From positions 16,554,001 to 16,618,000 of the forward strand of contig JBHGNT010000008.1 in assembly GCA_043228905.1 (NCBI GenBank): 64,000 nt of DNA, in the 5' to 3' direction. The DNA is from Azolla caroliniana (lineage: Eukaryota; Plantae; Polypodiophyta). The notes under the pieces were generated by a model that was given only the letters and a program-made list of their open reading frames with translations, was not told the DNA's origin and made no database searches. A program made the position numbers and the translations under genes. Of the stretch, positions 57,201 through 64,000 are shown piece after piece. Position 1 is the first letter of the stretch. Each line of letters begins with the position of its first letter.

Positions 57201-60200
57201 ATATCGAGTGCGAAATGCAATCTTCCATTCATCTCCCCGTCGAATACGGACAAGATTATATGCACCCCTTAGATAAATCTTGGTAAAATGCTTTGCCCCA
57301 CCAATGCGCTCTAAAAGACTGGAAATTAAAGGTACAGCACACCTATTTCTTATTGTGACTTTATTTAATCCACGATAATTCATGACGAAACAAACTGAAC
57401 CGTTCTTTTTCTTCACGAAAAAGATAGGAGCACCAGTTGGAGACTTTGAATGTCGAATAAATCCACTTGCAAGATTCTCATCAATGTATGCTTGAAGAAC
57501 CTCAAGCTCCGTTGGTGACAAATTGTAGATCGGACCCCATGGTGGCTCTTTTCCTGGTTGTAGATCAATGGGACAATCGTATGGCTGATTCTTTGGAAGT
57601 ACACTAGCTTTGACTTTGTCAAAGACATTAGCAAATTCTTGATACTTTTTAGGAATGTAGCCCTCTAACTTCCCTTGAGTGTCACTAGAAGGTGCAACTG
57701 ATATGGCAAATAAGAATAAATCTTCTTTTGCTCCTTCTTGGCATAATTGTTGTATTGAAATCTGATGAAGAGGAACAACATGCTTGGTAGAGGGTGAATT
57801 GGTAACACTATGTTTTTCAAGGGGGGGATCCTGGATTCGACCCTTGATTACTATGTTTCCTTTTGAAGGGCACCTAATTTCTCGTCGTCTCCAATCAATT
57901 ATTGGGTTGTGTAGCTCGAACCATGGCAAACCAAGGACTATTGGATGCTCAGGGCTACGGATTATATTAAAGGAAACTACACATCCTAAATCACCTAAGA
58001 GTATGTGTATCGGCTCAGACTCCTCGAATATCTATCCAGAAGCTATGGGATGACCATCAATCACTACTACGGAAACTAGGCAAGGAAGTTTATGCAAGGG
58101 TATTTGATGTTTTCGGGCAAAATCTCTATCCATGAAACAAGAATTGGCTCTGGTATCTAAGACAGTTGGGACATGAAGTTGACAACTTGGTGTCCTAACT
58201 TTTACTTGGGTTGAGAAAACTCTACTAACATGCTTGGAAGTGATGGAACCCAAACTAGCCTATACAGATCTAGGACTGTCCAACCAAACAGCTCCGATTT
58301 TGGCCGTACTTATTCGTTTGACTCCTCCTCTAATTGTCTTAGGACCTCAAACTTATTGGATAGAGTTGGATTACTAGAAACACTAGTTCGCACAGTTTCA
58401 ACAATACTAGACTCATTTCTATTATCATACTTAATGTGATGTACCTGACGTCTCGGTCTATGCAGGTAGTGAATGACAATATGTCTTGGACCTTTACAAT
58501 ATATAAGCATAGTCAATTTTCTCGACGACGTTGTTTCTTTTCATCCAATAGAGGTTCTCGTCGTCGGGTCATATCAATCTCCATTGCTGTTGGACTATGT
58601 GCTTGCCATGGAGTTGGGACGGGGCTATATTGTTGCCTTGGAGATTGTGCCGTCACTAATGCATAAGTTGGCATAAATCATGATCTTGTTTGTTGTTGTT
58701 GTCGCTCAAACCGATGCTACAAAGTTGATTATCACACTGTACAACTCAGGTAATAGCTTCTGTAAGGGATTTTGGATCCTAAGGGAAGGTAAGAAGTAAA
58801 ACTTTTACATCTCCAAGGAGGCCCGAACGAAACTACTCCATTAGGTCTTGTTTGTCCCAAGGAATATCACTTGCAATGAGACAAAAATTGGTTGCATACG
58901 TTGATGCTGGTTGATCCCCTTGCCGTAATGTGCGAATCTTGTTGATTGTCGTTCTTACACTATCTATGTCTCCGAAGCAAGGCTTAAACTCTTTGATAAA
59001 TTCTTCAAAGTTGTTGAGTAGGGGAGAATTTTCTTCTAGCAATGGAGCAAACCATGACAATGTCGTCCCAAGGAATATCACTTGCAATGAGACAAAAATT
59101 GGTTGCATACGTTGATGTTGGTTGATCCCCTTGCCGTAATGTGCGAATCTTGTTGATTGCCATTCTTACATTATCTATATCTCTGAAGCAAGGCTTAAAC
59201 TCTTTGATAAATTCTTCAAAGTTGTTGAGTAGGGGAGAATTTGCTTCTAGCAATGGAGAAAACCATGACAATTTCGTCCCAAGGAATATCACTTGCAATG
59301 AGACAAAAATTGGATGCATACGTTGATGTTGGTTGATCCCCTTGCCGTAATGTGCGAATCTTGTTGATTGCCGTTCTTACACTATCTATGTCTCTGAAGC
59401 AAGGCTTAAACTCTTTGATAAATTCTTCAAAGTTGTTGAGTAGGGGAGAATTTGCTTCTAACAATGGAGCAAACCATGACAATGTCGTGCCAGTCAATAA
59501 AGTTCCCACTAACCCAACTCGAGATGAATCAGTCGAATAATGCGTGGGATGCATCTGAATTACCAACCGCACTTGATTTATAAAACCCCAAAAATGTGCT
59601 CTCGAACCATCGAATTTAGCTAGGAGGCTGATTTTGGGCTCCTTAAGAACTCCTTGATCGTCGACTTTAAGTTGTTGTAAAACTACTATTGCCGACTCTA
59701 GTTGTTGAACCCTTTGTGTAAACTCGTCGTGTATCTGTTGCTTCTCTACAGAAACCTTATGTAAATCTTCAAGCAATCGTTGATTCTCTAGCTCTAGTGA
59801 TGCAAACTTGCTTTTGAGATTCTCCATTTCCGCAACAAGGGCAAGGTATTCTTGTGGGTTGCTAGTAGCCATGGGTACTTACTAGTGTTTGTGGAAGAGG
59901 GTAAAGGAGAAAAATTCGAATCAAACTGTCAGAACAAAGTAAGAGATTGAATGATTGAAGGAAATAAGAGAATAGAAGAAGAGAGGAGAATGGATTCATA
60001 AGAGAAGAGTGGGTTTATTAGAATAGAATGGTTACAAGGATGAGTTGGATACAAGATGGGCTTGGCGCTAAAGACTGGTCTTGAATCGAATTGATTTGAG
60101 GATACATGTATGCCCTTATTTATAGGTTCCTATAGAATAGCTTAGAGATATCTAGAATGTTCGAGAATGTTCTAGGACATTCTAGAACATTCTAGAATGA

Positions 60201-60365
60201 TCTAGAGTTTTTACAATAATCAATGTAATATAGAAAGTAGCTTTTATCTTCTCACATGGCAATTAATGGTTGAGGTTTTCAACTATGGATTACAAGATTA
60301 GAGGTTCAAGTCCGGGTGACGCCATAATGGTCATGTGTTCATTACATAGTCTTGGGTTCATGACA
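54219..60365 (-). mobile_element. Element F: Tcn1-type chromovirus, decayed
   Basis: LTRs 54219-54701 and 59927-60365; TSD gaact/gacct; gag 59872-; PR; RT 56988-57929; RNase H 55917-56789; INT 55123-55731; chromodomain 54694-55095. Confidence 0.93.
58853..59486 (-). repeat. 211-bp tandem triplication in gag of F
   Basis: Matching ORFs at 58930, 59141 and 59352 (offset 211). Confidence 0.95.
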
Positions 60366-62404
60366 GACCTCCCTTGAGATGAAGTCATTGTTCTCTCTCT
60401 CTCTCCATCACTAATCTCTCTATCTCCCTCTTTGCATGTGTGTTTCTCTTTGTGTTAGAGAGTGTGGCTTTATGCGTAGAAACTCTATATGGTGATCCGT
60501 TTCTTATTAGAGGTTTAGGCAGGCAGGCTCAAGGAAAGTACCTAAGCTCATTGACAAAGTTTTCACAAAAGAAGCTCAAAATGGAAGCCAGATGTCATGA
60601 AAGAACACAAATGTTAGTGTCTCACTTCTTCGAGGGGAACTAAGCTTAACATGGAAGTTAGTGATCAGACGAGATCACAAGATCCCCATAGAGTTCCTCA
60701 TTGAGATCTCAGCTATGTCGGTCTCTGTCCACTTTGGGAAATAATATGAGATCTCATCTCTACCATTCACAGTCTTGCAAAAGAGAACATTGTGAGAGTT
60801 CTCAATTGCCCCAATCTCGATCTTCTGGGAGAAGTCATTTTGAGAAGTCTCAACTTTAAGAGGTCTCTTGAGAGAGATCATTTTAAGAGGTGTCAATTCT
60901 CCCCATCCCACTTCGAGTGTAGGGAAAAGAAGAGAAAGAGTAATAGAAAGAGGGATAGAAAGAAAAGGGAGAGAGAGAGAGAGAACAAAAACAATTATAT
61001 TATTACGCCCTAACTATTACATCATTGGTGGTGGTTTTATAAGCCCACCACCGATACAGTATGGGAAGGAAACCGTATTCCTAAGATTAATAACTTTTTA
61101 TTTTTATTTTTTTTCTTATAATTATTATTATTTTCCACACTCCCCCTAAACGAAATTTCTAGACGTGTAGATTTTCATCTTTGTCTTTGATTACATCAAT
61201 TAATCCAACTTGCTTGCAACAAATAATGTGCTTAGAATGTTGAAAAGGTTTCGTTAGAAAATCAGCCCACATTTGATGAGTGGGAGCAAACTTTAATTCT
61301 ATCTTCTTTGTTTCAATGAAATCGCAAAGAAAATGATGTTTTAAGTCCACATGATGTATATTGTTGCTCATCTTTGAATTGTTGGTTAACTTGATGCAAG
61401 ATTGATTATTGCAAAACAAAGTCAGTGTTGGAATAGTAAATAGTTTAAATTCTTCAAGCATAGCTTTAATCCATATGAACTCTTTAGCCGCTAAAGTCGC
61501 GACAACATATTCAGCTTCAGTGGATGACAATGCTACAGTAGTTTGTTTCTTCGACTTCCACGAAATTGCAACGCCAGCGAGTGTGTAAACATAGCCACCT
61601 GTTGACTTGCGATTGTCCACATCTCCCCCCCAATCTGAGTCTGACCAACCAATTTGTTGGCTAGTGGGATTTGTCCATCCTTGCACAAGTGTGGTTGACT
61701 CAAATTGTGTGGCCAAGTAAGTCAACGCATAATGTTGAGTATGCTTCAAGTATCGTAGTAATCTTTTGAGCGTGATCCAATGCTTTGGTCCTAGATTAGC
61801 CATGAAACGAGAAAGAAATCTAGCAGCAAAGCAAATATCGGGACGTGTGCAACTTACTAGATATCTTATACACCCAAGCATTTGTTCATAGGATACATCC
61901 TTCATTTCGGAAATTTCTCGTTCATTTTGGGGAGAATCATCATTTGAAAGTTTACATGGAGAGGTACGAGGAGTACTAATAGGTTTACTATGAAGCATAT
62001 CAAATCTTTGGAGAATAGAATTAATATAGTTTGATTGTGATAATGAGATAATATGATTTGTTCTATTTTGAGTTACTTTGATGCCTAGAAAATGTGTCAT
62101 AGGGCCTAAATCGGTGATAGGAAAGACATATGCGAGTTCCTTCTTTGCAATAGGTAGATAAGATTTAGAATTAGAGATCAAGGGCAAATCATCAACATAG
62201 ACACCTATGATAACAAAATTGGATTTGGTTTTTCTAACATTCATATTTGGCTCATTGTTTAGACGATGATATCCAACTTTTATAAGAAAAGAGTGTAGTT
62301 TGTGATACCATATGTGTGGAGATTGCTTAAGGCCGTAAATAGATTTACGAATTCAACAAACATGTGTTGGATGACTTGGATCTTCAAAAAATTGTGGTTA
62401 TTGC

Positions 62405-63036
62405 AAAAAATTGTTGGATGACTTGGATGCAAGATATAGAAAAATGGTTTGGTAGATGGGATGCGAGACACTTGCTTCATGATACATCATTAGATTCCTC
62501 TGTAAATGAGGCCTTTTTGCAACGCCAATGTATCATTACATGGGACAAATGTGGAGGCTCGCGCTTCACACATTATACTACACATGTTGCACCTAACTAC
62601 AAAACCATATTCTTTGTGGAACGGGGAAATCATACACATCGATACATGTTAGAGCCCATACCGTTATCTGCCATTCGAACCATTGCTTCCATGCGACTTA
62701 GCTCACATGCATTGCGATGTCAAATAGGGCGTTGGGGCACAAGTGATGAGAGTGGTCGGCTATGCACAATTTTCCCTAAACAAGTTCACGAGTCTGAGTA
62801 TCACACTTTGATACAATGCTCTGCCTTTGATCATATTCAACCATGCTTTCCACATCTCTTCGACCGAGCCCAATCTTTGCATGAATTCCTCTCACAACCA
62901 CAATGTGCACTCTCGATTGCAACATTCATTGGTAAAGTTCTTGAACATCAAGAGTCACTACTCACTTTGACACGTATCACGTGAAATGTAATATTTTTGG
63001 TCTCATAGGTCATATTTGACCTCCGAAGACGATAAT

Positions 63037-63089
<53 letters not shown>
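62405..63089 (+). mobile_element. 3' end of an RTEX-like LINE ending in (TC)n
   Basis: MRLSSHALRCQIGRW...RLCTI...ESEYHTLIQC C-terminal Cys/His motif; short 3' UTR; (TC)n at 63041-63089. Confidence 0.7.
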
Positions 63090-63091
<2 letters not shown>

Positions 63092-63153
63092 TGTAAACCC
63101 CTTCGGAGGGGGGGTGGAGACATTCTAGGCTTCACCTCCCCCACCCATTAACA

Positions 63154-64000
63154 CTCAGGTCCATCTTCAAGTTCGATCGGAGGTGGAGGTGGTGTGATAC
63201 GACCCGGGATAGTGCTATCCTGATAGGGTTCTAGAAGAGAACTATGAAATACCGGTTGCATCCATAGTTGCGGAGGTAGATCGAGACAAAAAGCAACATC
63301 ATTAATTTTTCCGATAATACGGAAAGGACCCAATCACCGATAATCCAATTTATCACATCGGCGAGTAGTTTTGATGTGACATCGTAATAGCCATACCCAA
63401 TCTCCAATGTTAAAACTAGATGGAAGTCGATGACGATCCGCATAATCCTTGTGTGTTTGTTGAGTTTGTTGTAAATGAGTAGATAAATCTGTGGGTATCA
63501 TGCGTAACCACTGCAAACGATCCTCTGCACAAGGATTTGTGGGTAACTTCGGAGTTTCGAATACACACCACCAGGGATGATAGCCCGTATAAGCATAAAA
63601 TGGTGTAACCTTAGTCGATGAGTGGACAGAGTTATTATACGCAAATTTGGCGAAGTGGAGAATATCTGCCCAGTCATTTTGGTGATAGCTTAGAAAACAC
63701 CAACGATATTGTTCCAGCGTTTGATATGTTAGTCCTGCTTGTCTGTTTGTTTGTGGGTGGTAGCCGAAGGAGAGGTTTAAAGTGACCTTGAGCATTTTGA
63801 AGAGTTGCTTCTAGAATTTCGAGACGAACTGGGGTCCACAATCACTGATGATACTATCGAGGAGGCCATGATCCTGACATACCTCACGCATGATAGTTTT
63901 GGCGGTTTCTTCACTAGTGATTTCCTTAGTGCATGGTAGGAAATGGGCCATCTTCGTATATCGATCTACTACTGTTAAGATCGCATCGAATCCCTTAGAA
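63154..64000 (-). mobile_element. Element G, upstream piece: chromovirus integrase, runs off the window
   Basis: GYHPQT..., GPFRI..., PPPPIELEDGPE. Confidence 0.88.

Larger units (their letters stand above)
54205..62404 (-). mobile_element. Element I: truncated Ty1/Copia (3' LTR 54205-61139 split by F; RT-RNase H 61159-~62404)
   Basis: ORF 61159-62244 with YVDD, SDSDWGGD..RKST, SSTEAEY, ADFLTK; PPT ctccccct at 61140; the LTR start at 54205 is inferred. Confidence 0.8.
53940..63153 (+). mobile_element. Element H: LTR-element shell (Tat-like PBS) splitting G; interior replaced by nested elements and a deletion
   Basis: TGTTG...cccattAACA 5' LTR at 53940-54191; PBS start tggcacgcc at 54196; matching LTR 3' end at ~63041-63153; TSD ctcaa/ctcag. 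Confidence 0.7.

Overview
AT-rich, gene-free heterochromatic DNA from a plant nucleus. The TE families (Tcn1-type chromoviruses, Phygy/Selgy-like Gypsy, plant L1, RTEX-like LINE) suggest a non-seed land plant such as a moss, lycophyte or fern; this is inference. No intact host protein-coding gene was found. The backbone from ~2567 to ~53347 is a tandem array with a ~900-bp period. Each unit has two related ~445/455-bp subunits, each headed by an intron-containing elongator tRNA-Met(CAT) gene copy. The A subunit is often still a foldable tRNA gene; the B subunit is a uniformly degenerate copy. I count about 13 A and 14 B copies. The array is broken up by nested insertions: tRNA-Trp-primed Gypsy elements with 4-bp RCGY target sites, a 19.5-kb TIR/8-bp-TSD element built mainly of TG/TA simple repeats (itself holding an L1, a chromovirus, a hAT MITE and a Copia), a 4.6-kb segmental duplication, and an unclassified ~535-bp GC-rich insert. 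Left of the array is a decayed DUF7869/Sola-like transposase. Right of it is a deep nest of chromoviruses, a Tat-like LTR shell, a Copia and a LINE. Coordinates were counted by eye and may be off by a few bases.
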